From assembly GCA_965637545.1 (NCBI GenBank), contig OZ281497.1:15376001-15440000 (forward strand): 64,000 bases of DNA. Direction: 5' to 3'. Positions 41,616-56,932 of this stretch are shown here, in pieces (the first letter of the stretch is position 1; every line of letters begins with the position of its first letter). The notes under the pieces were generated by a model. That model made no database searches. It was not told the origin of the DNA and saw only the letters and a list, made by a program, of their open reading frames with translations. This stretch comes from Phallusia mammillata (Eukaryota). The translations under genes and the position numbers were made by a program.

Positions 41616-44110
41616 GCTTACAATTTTGGTTCGGTGGACCGTAGTTTGTCGCCGCCTTGGCTATATAGACGCCTCCTATAGGCACAAAAATTTTATATAT
41701 CGGTGTCGTCCAGGTTGAGACGCCATGGGCTCAGCTAAACTTTGATTTTCCTCGTAGCAGCAGTAAGCATATATTTAAAGCGTTCTAATAAACTCAGTAT
41801 CTTTTACCCACACGGGCGTGAAAATTTGACAGATTTGCTGAAGACAGAAAGGGCCATCCAGTATTTGGGCCAATCTTTTTGCGTATTTTTTAATGTGGCC
41901 CTTTTCCTAAAGGTGATAGGCAAAATGTACATTTTTGTCAACAATATATCTTTTCACTACGAGAAAATGTAGATTGTGAGACATGCTTTTCCACAGACTG
42001 ATTTTTGCACTACAAGATTCTTTTGGTTTTTCACAGTAAACATAGATATTAAAACGGCTTCTTCTGTCAAAGGTAGCCTATCACCCTACAATCAACTCTA
42101 AAATGTTTGCGTTTTTTATTCATGAAAAAGCATATCAACACTCAACAGTGGTTTATTTTCAAAGGCTTGACCACACAATTTAGTCGAATTTTTTCTACTC
42201 TTTGGTCGATAAAAATTCAAGGATAACTTATGGGCAGAAAGATACTAGGTTCTTTAAGCCAGTGATAATAGGAGACGTGTATTTAAAAAATAACAGGTTA
42301 CATGACGTCACAGAAAACAAAATGGCGCTACTTACACCGGTCGCACGGTTACTGCATCGTCGGTCAAGACTTGCAAAATTATACATATGGTTAAGTGCAA
42401 TTACAATTGTTTTGTTTTGCCAAAAAGATTCCAAAATATTTTTAAAAAATTCTTTGCTAAACCTTTTGCAATAATAGGCTAATTAAAGACACTTGTGTGC
42501 TGACTTACATAAAAACCAAATTGACAAAACAACTTTCGCGTGGCGCATTAAGATCCGTTTAAGTAAGGGATTAGACTTCCAAATCGCCATTGTGTTGACT
42601 CGGAAATCCGTGTCATGTGGAAAGCAATAAACAGATAACATTCCGGGATCCGAAAAGCTGCAAGTCGGATTATACATGCGAATGTGTGTTGACAAACGCA
42701 TTACCAACGATTAACTGCGAAGTCGTTGCTTTGCCATACAGTGTGCTCAACACAACGTATTTCGAAATGTAACTGCGCGGTAAATTTAAATGAAGGTTGG
42801 TGACTAGAAGGTTGCGCAACTGCATGAGGACAACGAGTGTACTAATCCTAAAAACAAACAAGATCCAGGGCAGGGCTACTCGATGGCTTTTTGGTGCTGT
42901 TCATTGATTAATACGCGATGATGCGGTTTGAGACGTGCAAGGCAAAAAGGTCGCACTTTATGTAAGAAAAACTCGGGTTACAGAAGCTATTGATGTCTCC
43001 TGAACGAAGCAAACCCACCTCCTGAATGCTGCCCTGGGATCGGCTGGCACATAGGGCTGATCCCACGTGCCGTGTGCAAGGCCTTTTCTGGGTAACTTAG
43101 GACCACGTGATCGGGCTTAAGTAGATTTGTTCGCACAAAAACAAATGGTAGGGTGTAAAAATGGGGAATAACCATCTCCCTTTCATGTCACTAAGTGTGA
43201 CAAACTTCGGCCTGGACCCGTTTGCAACCCTGCTGCAAGCATCAGCACAATTGGTCGACTTCAATTACGCCTCCTTCCCTCTTCTTAGAGCGGACTTAGT
43301 TACACACATCATAAATAATAGCTAAAACGACCACCGTAAGGAAAACCCCATCTCCTCTTCAGCTTCTGAAGCAATCAATTCTAAATCGCAAAAAAATTGT
43401 CACGAGCCAACCATGTTTGGAAGATTGAAGACAAAAACGACGTAACTTTGGTCTCAGTCAACCCTGATGGACTTAGCGCCATAACAAAACAACAACTCCA
43501 ACGCCAACAACAGCACCGATTAAATGAGGTCAAGCGAGAAGTTTGCTCCAGTTTTTTTTTAACATTTTCACGATATTTTCATCAAAACTTATTTCTTGTT
43601 TTTATTTTTATTTTATTTATTTTTTGCATGATGTTTGTAAATACTTCTACCTTAATTGCGACAAAGGTAACATAGCAATTTTAAAGCTTTAACTTTTTAT
43701 AGTACTTTTTTGTTTCCCAGTGTTTAATAATACTGAACTTTCTTATTTAGTTTCAAACATACAACATCCAAAGGTGTATTTCAGACGCACGTATGGGCAT
43801 TTGCAGTGAAAATTTGCAGATCGCAGTGTGAATTCTTGTCAAAGCTTGTCAAATATTTTTAAAATTTATGTCATCAGCGTTTTTGTCTGAATTGCGCACG
43901 CCTGTGGCTCAGCAATCAGAAAAGAATGTGGAACGCAGGATTTCATTTTTTTGTTGGCACTCCTTTTCCAGCGGCATTTTTTTCCTTTGGCGCGGGTCGA
44001 TGAAGAGGCCCCTCGAATGATTTCCAATCATTGCCTACAACTCGTCTGGAAGAAGCGTCATCATCTTCTTTGCGCCTCGTGATAGCCAGAACGGTACACG
44101 CACTTGCAGC

Positions 44111-47100
44111 ATGTGTACAATGAACAGCCACAACGTGCAGTCTTTTTACAAGGTGAGTGAACTAGACTGATTGTAGATGTGGTAATGTTTTATGCTGCCT
44201 ACTCAAACAACAAATAAGCAGTATTTTAGTTACCTGTTAAGATTTGTTCTTGTGTTTGTATTAAACTACAAAAATCGAACATAAACTGTACACGTGTAAG
44301 CAAACCAGCGTATTAAAGTAAACAAGTGTTTTTTTGCTAGTTATCGTATCCTAAATTTGATCAATTAAAATAACCAAAATAGTTTATTTTTTCTCGTATT
44401 TAGCAGAAAGTGTATAATATTTAAATCTTGACTTATTTTTGTTAAACTATTTGTGATTTTCAATGCTAAATAAGTTTCCCATAGTCAGTCAGTGCCACTA
44501 ATTCATCTCACCAATAAAGCGGAAATGTCATGACGATAACAACCGACGGCTTTGGAAGTGAAATCGAGCGTCTCGTCGCATTATTTTGGCAATTTCAAAC
44601 AAATTAGCGAGAAACTGTTTAAACACGCAGCACGTGCGCCTCTAAAATAGTCGGAGGACTTCAAACAGTCCCAAATGGCTACGAAAAAGTTGTTTGGTAT
44701 GACAGAGACACTATACCGTCACGGCCCATTGGCAACGTTGGGTGATAATTGCTTGCGATAACAAAACTCGAATAATTTGGTCCTCGCCTTGGTTACTAAA
44801 CGGCGAGTGCGCTGGTGCTGGCATTGAATTTAATAGGGGTGTTTCCATAACACGAATTTTCGAACTTCTGAGTCTGGCTTTAGTTGCAACAAAACATCAG
44901 ATGAACATTAAACATTGTGCGCAGGCTGTCTCGACCGAGTCAACACCTGGGTCCAAGCGGGCACAGCCATAGACTATGTGTGCCTACCGTAATTACAAGT
45001 GCATACAGCGATAAATTATCACACCAGGTCGAGATGTTATTAAATGAAATAAAAATTCAGTAAAAAGCTAACTTTAAACATTTTGCCTTTTGAACAGCGG
45101 AATTTATTAAAATGTGATTGCATATTTATTTTTGATTCATAACCAAAAATTTTATTAGCGCAAAAACATTAACGGGTATATTTCTTTTAGGGTATATTTC
45201 TTACATGACAAAAATTTATGATAAATGTATCATCTAACAATTTCATGATTTTTTCAAAGTTTACGAAACTGAAGTGAAGGAGATATTTTATTTTGACACA
45301 ACAACTTGTTTAATGATGCCAACAGGCTTTTCCGTGTCTCCTTCCGAGTTAATCATTTGTCGGATGTTTGTCAGATTAGCGTGCGCTGTTTGCAAAGATT
45401 GTAATAAACCTGGCGGACCCAGGGTAGTCCCTATCTGTCGACTGTTGAGATTGACAGAAGCCTTGGAGAGCACCGGGCTGTTTATCGTAGCTTGCACATT
45501 AATGAGACAAACACAAATGTTTGTCCGTGCCAAGCAATGACATTTGAATGATGGTTTCATTCGTTGATTGCGCGTCCGGAGCCTCCTCGAGCCATAGCAC
45601 GAAGGTCAATGTTGCGTTTCATGGCGGCAGAGTTTCGACAATGTTTAACAAAAAGACACCTCGCTGCTCGTATAACGTGCAATCTACGGTTACAGCCCTT
45701 TTAATCACTGCACCTCGCTTGTACAGCTGACTGATACGCCTGGATTGGGTCGAGACAGTGGAGAGCAACGAGCAGAGCTACCCAGCCCAGGTTGGAAAGA
45801 TTATTTTAGGGCATCGCATCATTTTGCGCCCTACTCTGGGGTCGATGACAATCAACAGGAGGTAAAATAAAATAATTCTTGATGCTTCGTCTTGTTTGCT
45901 TTTGGTTTTATGATCTGCTATGTATAACGCACGCGGTTTTACAACAGAAAAGGATTCACATCAACGACGCAGTTTCACTGCCAACGACCGGTTTCTTTGC
46001 CAGCAACGTGTCTTCGGTTTCCAATAGCCAAGAACCCGTGACAGAAAGTCCAATGAAAGGTAAATTTTGATGAAGTGCTTTTATTATCTGATTGCAATAA
46101 AAATGTTGTTTGAATCGACAGACAGTTGAAAAAATGTATTTAATTTGCAACGTTGTTGTACAGGTGATTTAAAACGACACCAGAACCTTCTCCGAAACAT
46201 GTCACAAAACCTTGTTGGCCAGAAGACAACATCTTACAGGTCGCACGGGCAGCAGTTTGGCTACAGCTCATCTCTCAGCAAATACAAAGAATTAAAATTG
46301 CGTTTGGATCAACGTAAACGACAGGGAAAACAAGGCGAGAAAAAGTAAGGCTTTGTCTCAGTGGTTGCTCTTTAACCGATTTCAGAGAAAAGTTACAGAT
46401 AAAAACTTGCGCATCATTGATTTTGCTGTTCGAGCACTATTTTTTATTTTTTTGAAATAACAATAAAACATAATTTAAACACTGTCAGATATCTTGTGTA
46501 CATAGAATACTTATATTCTAGCAAGATTTTCAACATGAACAAGTTTTCTGGCAGTTATGTTTTTAATTAAATTAGTTTTCAAGTCCGTGTATATACACGG
46601 ACACTGTAGTGCTCTTATTTAAAATATAAGAATAAATCTTTTTTTACGAGTTAAAAAGTTAAAGTAACGCCTAGAAAAAAGTGTAATTAAAGAATTTTTT
46701 CAAGTATTTTTTTGTGACCGTGGCATATGTGGTGTGTGCAAATCGAAACAGATTGTAATATTATTTTTTTATATTAGATTTAACTGTGAGAATTGCGACC
46801 GCACATTCTGTGATGCCAGCCGCTTGCAACGTCACATTCGACAACATCACATTGGTGCTCGAGCTCACCCTTGCGGGGAGTGTGGCAAAGCTTTTGGAAC
46901 AGCTAGTGGGCTAAAACAACATCGCCACATTCACAGCAGCGTGAAGCCTTTTACTTGTGCTGTGTGTCATAAAGCTTATACACAGGTAACAACCCCAAAA
47001 TATTTTATGTTCAAATTATAAATTTTAGTTACCATGCTTTCGCAAAACACAAAAAAATCCGTTTAATTGCATGATCCGTTTAGTTGTATAGGAACCGTAA

Positions 47101-49793
47101 ATCCCAACCGCAGCGATTTGTCAAGAAAATTATCCGATTAATTGCCTAATTCGCATAATTGCCTAAAATCTTGGCAACTTGTTTTTGTCACAGGTATTTA
47201 CTATATGAACGGAATTTACCAAAACGTTTTAACTTCTAGTTAACTATTCTGAATACGTTTATTTCTTAATTACAGTACAGCAATCTGTGTCGCCACAAAC
47301 GCATGCACTCAGACTGTCGGGGCCAGATAAGATGTCGCACCTGTCGTCAACTATTTCCCAATGCAAACTCGCTCAACAAACACCGACGCTTCTGCTCAGT
47401 ACACAGTCGCACTAGCATGTCGAACAGGTAAGTTTACAAGCTTATTTTGTAGTTGATATACGTCTTTGGTAAAATTAACCGTAGCTTACATACAATGCTC
47501 ATTTATTACTTCATAATATGCAACAAATTTCGTTCGCTCAACAATTTGCCTACATGACATATACGGATATTTTTAACGTTTTATTCTTGTCGTGGTTATA
47601 ACCAACCACATGATTAGAATGGGCGTTAAAAGAGTGCTTTTCTTTTTCTATTTTTCTGGAGCATGAATCGCACTGAAAATGTCAGACTGCTGTCTACATT
47701 CCCTAATGGCTAATTTTTGTTTTAGCTTGATTCATCACAGAGCGAACGAAACATCATACGGACTGAACACTTCAATACCACAAAAAACTGACATCTACAA
47801 ACAAGGTAATTGACTATCTGGGTTTTTCTCCAAACTTGCATCTTCTTATTCATTTTACAAACGGCGTTTACTAATCTAACAATCTATTTACAGAAAGCAA
47901 CAACGTACTGACAATGCGGTCACCGTTACCTGGCAGCAACTTACCTCTGAATTCATCTTCAGTTTTCCAAGTTCCACCTGGGCCGCGATCGCCACCATTT
48001 TCTCCTCTTCTTACTTGTTTTTCTAACAACAAATTCTACCAGGTCTCTTCCCAAATTCCTTTTGCGCACAAGATTGCAAACTTACGCAACACACTGCCAA
48101 AAATGGCCGATGCCGCAATTCAGTGTTCAGATCCTGGCGCAGAATCTTTTCTTGCTTCCTTCGATCAGGTAATGACCCAGATCAATGCCGATTCACGAAG
48201 ATTTCGAAGTGCCTCTTCATGCGCTACCTACAGCCGCCAATCAGTAAGTCATGCCAGTGTTCAAGTCGATCTAAGCAATGAAAAGCTCGCACTTACTTCG
48301 CACAAGAGTTCAACCGTCGCACGGGAAATGCAAAATGAACCACAGCAGACCAGAGAGAAAATTTGGAATCCTATTTTGTCACCGTCGAGCAGTCAGCAAA
48401 AAAATATTGAAATGCGCAATAATTCTGCAGCGGAGGCAGTCGCTGCCGCCATCTTGTATCACAGCACGCTGGAAAAGCGAGCAGCGGCACAAACTGTGGC
48501 CAACCGTCCAAACGTATTTCCTGTCAAAGGCACATCTCAATCATTTCAGCAACAAACAACGATCTCAGACCAACCTCTCGATCTTTCTTTGCCCAAAAAG
48601 TGTGAAACTGCAAGCTGCACAATCAACAACAATGTAGCAGCATGGAGAAACCCGCTAAACCTCTATTATCATTTTGGAAAACGCTTTGGCAGCACTTCAC
48701 TTCTCGCCAACCAACGGGCAAGGCATGCTTCTATACAAAATGACCGAATCTCACGGTTTGGTGCGTTTCCTTGGTACCTACGACAGCCATACGGACAGCT
48801 CTATTCCAACATTAACACCCAACTATCTTCTTTCGGTAGTTTGTATGCTCAGCAGCCTTCTTCGGTTGCGATGCCCTCACCTTTTTTGGGCCGCGATCAG
48901 TTGTCTCCGACCGGCAGTAACAAATCGTTTCAAGGGGTAAAGGAGCGTTACACTTGCAAGTTTTGTCGAAAAGTTTTTCCAAGGAGCGCTAACCTGACCA
49001 GACACGAAAGAACACATACTGGCGAGCAACCATACACCTGCACATTCTGTGAGCGAAGTTTTTCCATCTCATCAAATCTCCAGCGCCACATCCGAAACAT
49101 CCACAGAAAGGTACGTTTTGAACGCAACGACCAGTTTCATGCACAATTTTCATTTGATGGCTATAATTAAAACTTGTTTTCTACTCATAGCTTAAATAGT
49201 TTCCTAAAATGTTTTTCTACTATTTTTACAGGAGCGGCCTTATCCATGCCATCTTTGTGGCCGAGCATTCGGACAACAAACCAACCTTGACCGACATTTG
49301 AGAAACCACGAAAAATACAGCTGGTAAGCAAATGTTTTGAATAAAATATTTGTCTATAAAAACCGACAAAAGATAGTGAAGTCGCCTTCCTGCTGCCACA
49401 GTTGGTTAAGTGGTGTTCAAGATTTTTTTTTCTTTTCTTACTCTGCATTTCTTTTGCAGTGTGCGCGAACCCAACTACTCCTACGAAAACGAACAATCGC
49501 CTAATGGCCGCCACCCAAGTGCACCTACAAGCGCTTTCAACGCAACAGACCTGTTCCGGCGAATGTCCAACTCTTCGATGGACTCCAGCTTAAGTAGTGG
49601 GAGTGGTCTTTCAAGAAACAGCAGCTTCAATGAATCGGGCCACCACGACGAGCGAATGAGTAGTGGCGAGTCCGAATGCGATCCGTTTTGTGTCTCGTCG
49701 GTCACTACCAGTCCAGTTGCCTTGACCGATGACAGCATGAGGAGACTGGTGCGAGGGGCTACGGCTGGCCAGACCGCCACAATACAGGGATAA
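44111..49793 (+). CDS. Prdm3/16: Prdm3/16 (MECOM/EVI1-PRDM16-like) C2H2 zinc-finger transcription factor, copy B; no PR/SET domain found; ~850 aa; first exon tentative
   Basis: Exons 44111-44152 (tentative), 45727-45861, 45948-46059, 46164-46344, 46778-46985, 47276-47427, 47726-47805, 47894-49110, 49232-49323, 49460-49793. Fingers [94 protein letters not shown]. Motif DQPLDLS. Confidence 0.9.
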
Positions 49794-50965
49794 AGTGTGG
49801 CTTTGTAGACAGTCGCAATACATGAAATGCTTTTGTTGTTTGTGTGCTTTCGTTTATTATGGTGCTGATAATTTCGTTTTTTACGTGGTGCTCCTTACTT
49901 GCTTTTTGATGCGGTACTATTTACGTTTTGTACAGAAACATTTTTTTGTGATGTCCCTATGTTCGGGAATGTTCCGTTGCTGTTTATTGTTGATCCCGGG
50001 GTTCCCTAATGATTTCAGCTGTAAATATCGGGGTGCGTGGAAATATATGTGTGTGGCTATTCACTGCTTCCTGTGCTCTATTTGAGGCCAGTATTTGAGA
50101 CCAAAACATATCTATCTTGCTTTGTGTAATTGAAAACAAATAGAAGCTTGATGTACGACAAATTAAGAGTTTCTAGGAACAAAACAAATGATAAATTACC
50201 ACAACATCAAAAAGTTCCACAAGATTGTCGACGTATAAACAGAGAAATATAACAAAAATATACACTCCAGAAAGTTTTTTCATGCCGTACTTATACTTTG
50301 TTGAAACTCAGATGCAAACACTTATCCGTTTTATCAGATAATCAGATGAGAGCACAAAAACAGGCTTTTAGATTTTATCCGTTGTTAGATTTCTGGCTGA
50401 GTTGGGGGAATCACCATACGCAACAAAATCCTTATTGCGGATTAAAACGCTTTGGTGTAAAAATCGACTCGCGTAAGTTTTAAAGCATCAGTTCCACATA
50501 TGACGGTATATGTCGTTGTACTGTGTCACCTTAAAGACAATTAAAACAGCATCAGTAAATTTCGTTCACATTGATTCCAGACCTATTACACACTACAGAT
50601 CATGTTTATTCAATTCAAAATCAAAACTGAAATTTTAAATAACTTCTTTAAACAGAGTAAACAGACAGTGTTAATTTTCCAAAATACTGGAAATTCTCTA
50701 CTTCGTCGACTAGTCGGCTGGAATCAAGTCACAAGCTGTTAGCCGAGGGCTAAACGCGTAAAATATAGTAAAAACATAACAATGAATTTTAAATTAGACG
50801 CAAAAAACAAATACTCGATCGGCGGAACTGTAAGTTTTGAACGCACAACACTTACTTATATTTTCCTATCTAACACTGCATCGCAATCGCGCAGCAAACG
50901 CTAGCAACAGGAAAGCAATAAAACTAAAAAATAGCAATAAAATTTCTCACACAACACAATAGATA

Positions 50966-53900
50966 TCACACGACTTCGAGCACTCCAGCGGCCACTAGCT
51001 GGCGCGAAAGCCACAATAAACCTTCCTCGAGTCCCGCCCCGGATGACGCGTCACAGGGCAAAGCTTTCCAGGATCGGCCACAGCAGAGTTTGTGAAGATT
51101 TAACCTCGCAATAAGTTCATCGCACGGAACTGCGCCTGGTAGATCCTGTTAGGGCACAAAAAAATACGTAAAAACACAGTGGAATAGGATCGTTTCTGGG
51201 GGTCGAGATCTGAAAGTCAGGTCGCGAGGTTTACGGGTCAGCTTAGGGTTCGGGAAGCTTACCTAAAAAGGGCTTGATTACTTCACCCTTGTTAAAAAAA
51301 TTCGGGTTTTGGACTGCTACTTTTGGGTTCTGCCCCGTTTTCAGCTCTGTGCGGGTTTTCATAACCAGAAGTGTATGCTAAGAACAAGAAGGCAATGCGT
51401 CCAGACTTTACAAGCTTAACCACTGCTCAGTCTCAAATGTTTTTGCCTACATGTGTATAAAATCCCATCGGCGATTTAGTGGAGTTTTTTGCCTATCTCA
51501 TGCCCCCAAAAAAGTTTTGAAACTGATTGTCACCTTATCTAATTTTATACCCCTTCGTAGAATTTGAAGGTAATTTACAACCGATTTTTTACAAGACCTT
51601 ATTTTCGCATACCCAACACAATTTTGTTTACCCCAAATTATCTCTACCGGCATATTAAGGTTTCCCCCGGTTGAAAAACTCTGGTTTAAACCGTAATTGA
51701 ACACTGAAGTCTTTGCTGGTATTTATCAATGCTTATTCAACAACATGTGATTTAGGTAATTACCTGTTTGTTAGCAAGCACGAGCAAAGCAGCATCCCTG
51801 AGGTCTTTTTCACACATCAACTTGGCAAGTTCGGCGTGAGCTTCCACGAATCTATCGCTGTCGCAAGAATCCACCACAAATAAAACAGCTGTATGAAAAA
51901 AGCAAACATTTGATTTTATCACCAAACACATGTGTCACCAAATACACAAATATGAAGATAGGAACAAATATGCGTCCAATATATTTTTTTCACGTACGAA
52001 ACATAACCCACACAGGCATTTGATTCGGTTGTATGTATTTACCTTGTGTGTTGAGATAGTAATGTTTCCACAGAGGTCGGAGCTTGTGTTTGCCGCCAAC
52101 ATCCCACACTGTATAGCGCAGATTGCGAAAGTCAACCGTTTCAACGTTAAAACCTGAGTGAAAAAAATTAAAACTGACATTTCAAAATAGTAAAGTGCAA
52201 AATATGAATGTTACGTGCAAAACAACACGTATTTAGTTAACCAAGAGCTTTAACAAACGACGCTACGCTTACTACAAAACAGCGGCTGATCAGTAAACTC
52301 TATTGAAATTGTGAAATACATTGTCATAATACTTTTTACGGCTATTACTTTAGTAATTTGCCTAATTAAAAAGTAGAACAACTTTATGGATCAATATTTA
52401 CCTATCGTGGGAATTGGTTGCATAAATTCATCTTGTTTCAACTTGAACAGCAGGGTGGTTTTGCCTGCGCCATCCAATCCCAACGTCACAACCCGAATCT
52501 CAAGTTTTCGACCAATGTGGATTCGGTTATCCTGAGACGAAAATGAAATTGCGTTAGAAAAGACACGATTCTATTCGTAAATTTTGTCATTTGAAAATTA
52601 AAATTGTTTTCGACGTTTTATAATTCAAGATACACCAGTATTTTAAAATTATATCAGAGAACCAGACCAAGCTTTGCATTTGACAAACATTTTCCTAAAT
52701 TTTTACCAAAGAAAAATCCTTTCAAAATTGCATATTGTACAAACAAGTACCATAAAAAGAAAACTATAGCTTTTGCGAGAACAAACGGTCTCCTGTTCAA
52801 AAAGTAAGTCCTAAATCGCATCCGAACCTTAGTAAATGTAACGGGTATAGCAGGATCAAGGGCATCAGATGCTGCTGAAGTTTGTTCGCTAAACTGACGC
52901 TGTTGTTGGTCGAACATGTGATCAAGCGCCTCCACTTCTGACCGAGCAGCCAGTACAGTGCAGTCGTTCTGTGGTTGAAAACATTTGTATTTAACATTTT
53001 CACACACCAAAAAATCTTAACCCAAAATGGCAAAAACTGGCTTCTATCAGCAATTTTAATAAATTGTAAAAATATACTCGTTAAATTATAAGTTTGAAAT
53101 AAAATACATAATATTGGTAAACTTTTTGCACAACAGCAAGATCAAACTGATTTTCTGTGTAAAGATAAAAAAGGGGTTGTTAAAGATGTAAAAAAAAGCT
53201 ACTTGCATAAAAAAATATATTTGAATTTTAGTTATGTCACAGCCACTGACCTGGCGTAGTACATTATTGCAGTGTCCCAAAGCAGCTGATATTTGTGAGC
53301 GTAAAGCGGTTGCGTCATCGTGCATCCGACGTAGCGCGGTTACGCGTGATTGTACATGCGAGTCGAGCGTTGTTATGGCAACCTCCTCCTGGGCGGCCAG
53401 GGTCTCTCGAAGCCGGGTAAAATATTCCCTCACACAAGCACGGGCAGATTCGGCTGTTCCAGTGTACTGGCAAAATAAATGCGCGCAGTTAGTTTTTAAG
53501 ATCCTATAAAACACATCAGCGTGACGTTCGTCGATGTTTTATGATAAAACACAATCGATTTTCAACTCCTGACATTAACGATTTCGTTCCTACATTACGA
53601 ATTTAATCCCACTGCCCAACCTAAGAGCTTTATAAATTCGCCATAACGAAATTTGTATTATAAATTGTAAAATGATTCCACACAAAAACAGCCATGCGAT
53701 TGGCGCTTTTTATCTATTGGCATTGCAAAGCACTTAAGCATTTACTGCATTTTACCTGTTGCCTGGAGACCACGCCACCTTGGTCGGAAAAAAGTCGAAT
53801 GCCACCTTCAACCCTTTCAATGGCATCAGCCGTTTTTGCTGCATGTTCGTTTACTTGCGATAAAAATGCACCCGCTCTCTCTGCTGCCTCCCGCGCAACG

Positions 53901-56900
53901 GCTCTCGTTGAACGAACTTCGTTTTCCAGTAAATTGTGCTGTGATAATCATGCAAATTATTAACCTTGATAAAACATGCCACAATGCCACAAACAAAATC
54001 TTTAAACATCTGTAACAATTACAGCTATTGTTCGTTTATGTCAAAGGTTCTCAACCTTTCACTAATCGGGTACCACTGACATTTTGTTTCCTGTGGCTGC
54101 ATACCACTATAATCCTATTTGAATGGGAGGACCAACATATAGGCCTATTTTCTTGACTAGGTTAGCATATTTCTGAAGCCAGCAGGCAGGAGCTAAAAAA
54201 ACACCCAAAAATCGAATTGCGTCCAATACCAAGGCGGTTCATTTGCGAGTGGATAGATGAAAGTTAGTCATAACAGTTTTCCAGACAGTTCTTCTGTAGC
54301 ATATTATTGATGTGTCACACACGTCATAAAACATACTGATGTCACAACATCTGCTCAGTCAATCAATGCAGCAAAGAAAAGGAGAACGCAGTTTTTTAGC
54401 CAACTCAACAGTTACTTGTTGGAATGCTAGACTTGATTTTAATTGAGAAAAGCAGTACTACAAAAAGCTACTTGCATACCTTACACATACTGCTGGTTGA
54501 GTGCCACTGGTTTGAATTATGGCAACTCTATCTAGGTAAATAGTTTTGCCTAAAAATGACTTACAATGCTATGCAATGACCAAGAATGATTGTCAAGGAC
54601 TTATAGGTGTGCCAGAAACAAGCATGTTGCATGTTCTATGCCTAAAATTAACTACTATGTCAAAACATGTTAAACCTTGTGGCCTTTATGTTTCCCATGT
54701 TCTTTGCAAAGATAACACATTGCTGGACTGAATCTGCATTCTTCTTGTAAGCAAGCAAACTCAAGTGCATGTGTTTGATGCAGGGGACACATTGTTGGCT
54801 GAGATGGTTTATCCTTGAGATCAATCCGTCTGTTAAAATAAAAACTGATTAGGACAGCAAAGACTAATCCCATGATCTGCACATTATGACTGGAGTTAAA
54901 ATCACAAACTCAGTGTGTAGGCTTTATACTGTTTCATTAGAATGTAGTGCTTTGTTGGCTTATAAAGACAAGCTATAACCATCATAAAATTTTGCAGCAT
55001 ATTTGGCATACTAAAACACATATGTTTAAAATATAAAAAAATATATATTTGAGTTTCTGAGAAGTTTTCTGAGACTCTAAAAACAGAAAAAGTAGTTTTA
55101 TGGAAACAATTAGGTTTAATATGCTGTTGGCGCCCAAAAAAGACAAAAACTTTCATAACATAGATTTTACTTGTGTTTTGAGAGTGTTCTGGTAGAATGT
55201 GTGGATGCTGAGCAATTTTGACACAAATTTGTGCAACAGACTAAACAGTACAAGGTGGCCACATGTGAATCATCCTCGTCACAGCATGTTGCTTCCTGTC
55301 AACATAAGATATGACAACTTTAAACATGTTTTATCTAGTACAACATTCTATTCATAAGAAAGCAAGATCCAACACATTATACCAATGTCATTTACAAGAT
55401 TCTACCACTTTATCAACAGAATGTTGCAAACAGCTGTACAGTACAATGTAGGTCAGGCTTTGTGCTGAGAAGAGCTGTTTAAAAATCATCATTACATGCT
55501 ACAACAGGATGGCTGTGAGAAAATGATGGTAAAAATCTGAGAAACTTCATGGTATTAAGTAGCAGAAGCTTTTTAACATCTGTACAGAAAATTACTATAA
55601 TAATGCAAGTAGTATTTGTAAATATAAATTTTTACATATTTTTAGTTGTTTTTGGGCTATTTTTAAAACAAAACATTTTGGTTGAAGCAGTGGGTTTAAC
55701 CTTTTTTCAGTCGACTGCCTGTTTTTGCAACCCAATGTAATTGACCACCCCCTTCCCAAAATTTCTAGGTTGAAAACTACTGGTTTAAAGGATAAACAAT
55801 AAAGACATACCTAAATTTGCATTTGTACCTTGATGACTACTAGATGCATTTTAAACTCATTGGTACTATTCTCAAAATCAGCTAAAATGGCTTCAGTTAA
55901 AAAAGAAATGCACTTACAGAAACCAAGACATTTGTATCACTGTCCAAGTTTTTGTGGGAAGTTGATGGCTGAAAAACATGTGTAATTCCTCCAAGCTGAA
56001 GTTTTTCCATCAGCTCAATAAGTGCAAAGTTCTTTTTTAAACTCCAAACTCCACCTGATCCCACATCAGTAATTTGGCGATCCATGGGACAAACCAAGCT
56101 TCCAGCCTAAAAACAAAGTACTTGGTAACTTAAATAAATGCCCAGCAAACATGTTTTGCATAATTCAATACAATAATTTCAAAAATATGGTTAAATTCAT
56201 CTGTATTTCATGGCAGCCAGGAATGTAACAGAGTTAACTTACTTCTAAATATTGTTCACATTAAATGTACACACATATAGTCCATGTTAAATCTTTACCT
56301 GAATAGGCAATCGGGTAAGACAATCATGACAAAAAGAATGGCCACAGAGCAGCAAACGAGGTACTTTGTCTCCAGATAATGAAAACTGCTCTCCACAAAC
56401 ACCACACTCTAAAACCTGAAATTCATTTGCATGAAGAATTTAGTGTTCCAAAGGCAAATAATCCTTGATAAATCCATCACATAGTTGACATGGTAACACA
56501 GTTCTGTACACTGCAAGAATGCCACACTATGATAATGAGGTAACCTACATTAAAGGAATTTGTAAATACATTGCAAATATATATAAAGTCTGCATACACT
56601 TCAGTTTCATTGCACAGATGTTGCATTTCAAATTTTTGCTAATATATATTAGCATTAAGTGTTAAATAAATTCCAGCCATGTAGATCAACTTTATAAAGT
56701 ATAAAGCCTTACTAAACAACACTGAATTTGCTACATGGACCAAGAGTTTGATGGGGACGTCTCTTGACCTTATTAAAATAAAACACCTTCTATGCCCTAC
56801 AATCAACCTTTTACCACTGAAAAATGTTTACAAAATTTTGTCGTCAAGAAAATTTACACTGAGAAGTCGATTTTCTGTAGAGCGGTGCCTTTTTCGTGGC

Positions 56901-56932
56901 AGCAAGTCCAAAAATGTAGATGAAGACGTCAT
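50966..56932 (-). CDS. TRIM23: E3 ubiquitin ligase TRIM23/ARD1 (RING, two B-boxes, coiled coil, ARF GTPase domain), 12 coding exons, ~581 aa
   Basis: Minus-strand exons 56858-56932, 56299-56415, 55918-56106, 55171-55295, 54676-54829, 53756-53938, 53251-53466, 52828-52968, 52402-52531, 52043-52153, 51764-51888, 50966-51145. Motifs [85 protein letters not shown]. Confidence 0.95.
51669..51691. mobile_element. Right terminus of a related hAT-type MITE (left end not securely found)
   Basis: GGTTGAAAAACTCTG followed by GTTTAAAC, nearly identical to the right end and flank at 55768-55790. Confidence 0.35.
54042..54175. mobile_element. Degenerate hAT-like MITE remnant
   Basis: 5' end CAAAGGTTCTCAACCTTT resembles a hAT MITE start; the 3' end AGGTTAGCATATTTCTG is degenerate; no target-site duplication seen. 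Confidence 0.25.
55688..55782. mobile_element. Short hAT-type MITE remnant in a TRIM23 intron
   Basis: Starts CAGTGGGTTTAACC and ends GGTTGAAAACTACTG (imperfect TIR of the CAGTRGTTYTCAACC type). 8-bp flanks GGTTGAAG / GTTTAAAG match at 6 of 8 positions. Confidence 0.45.
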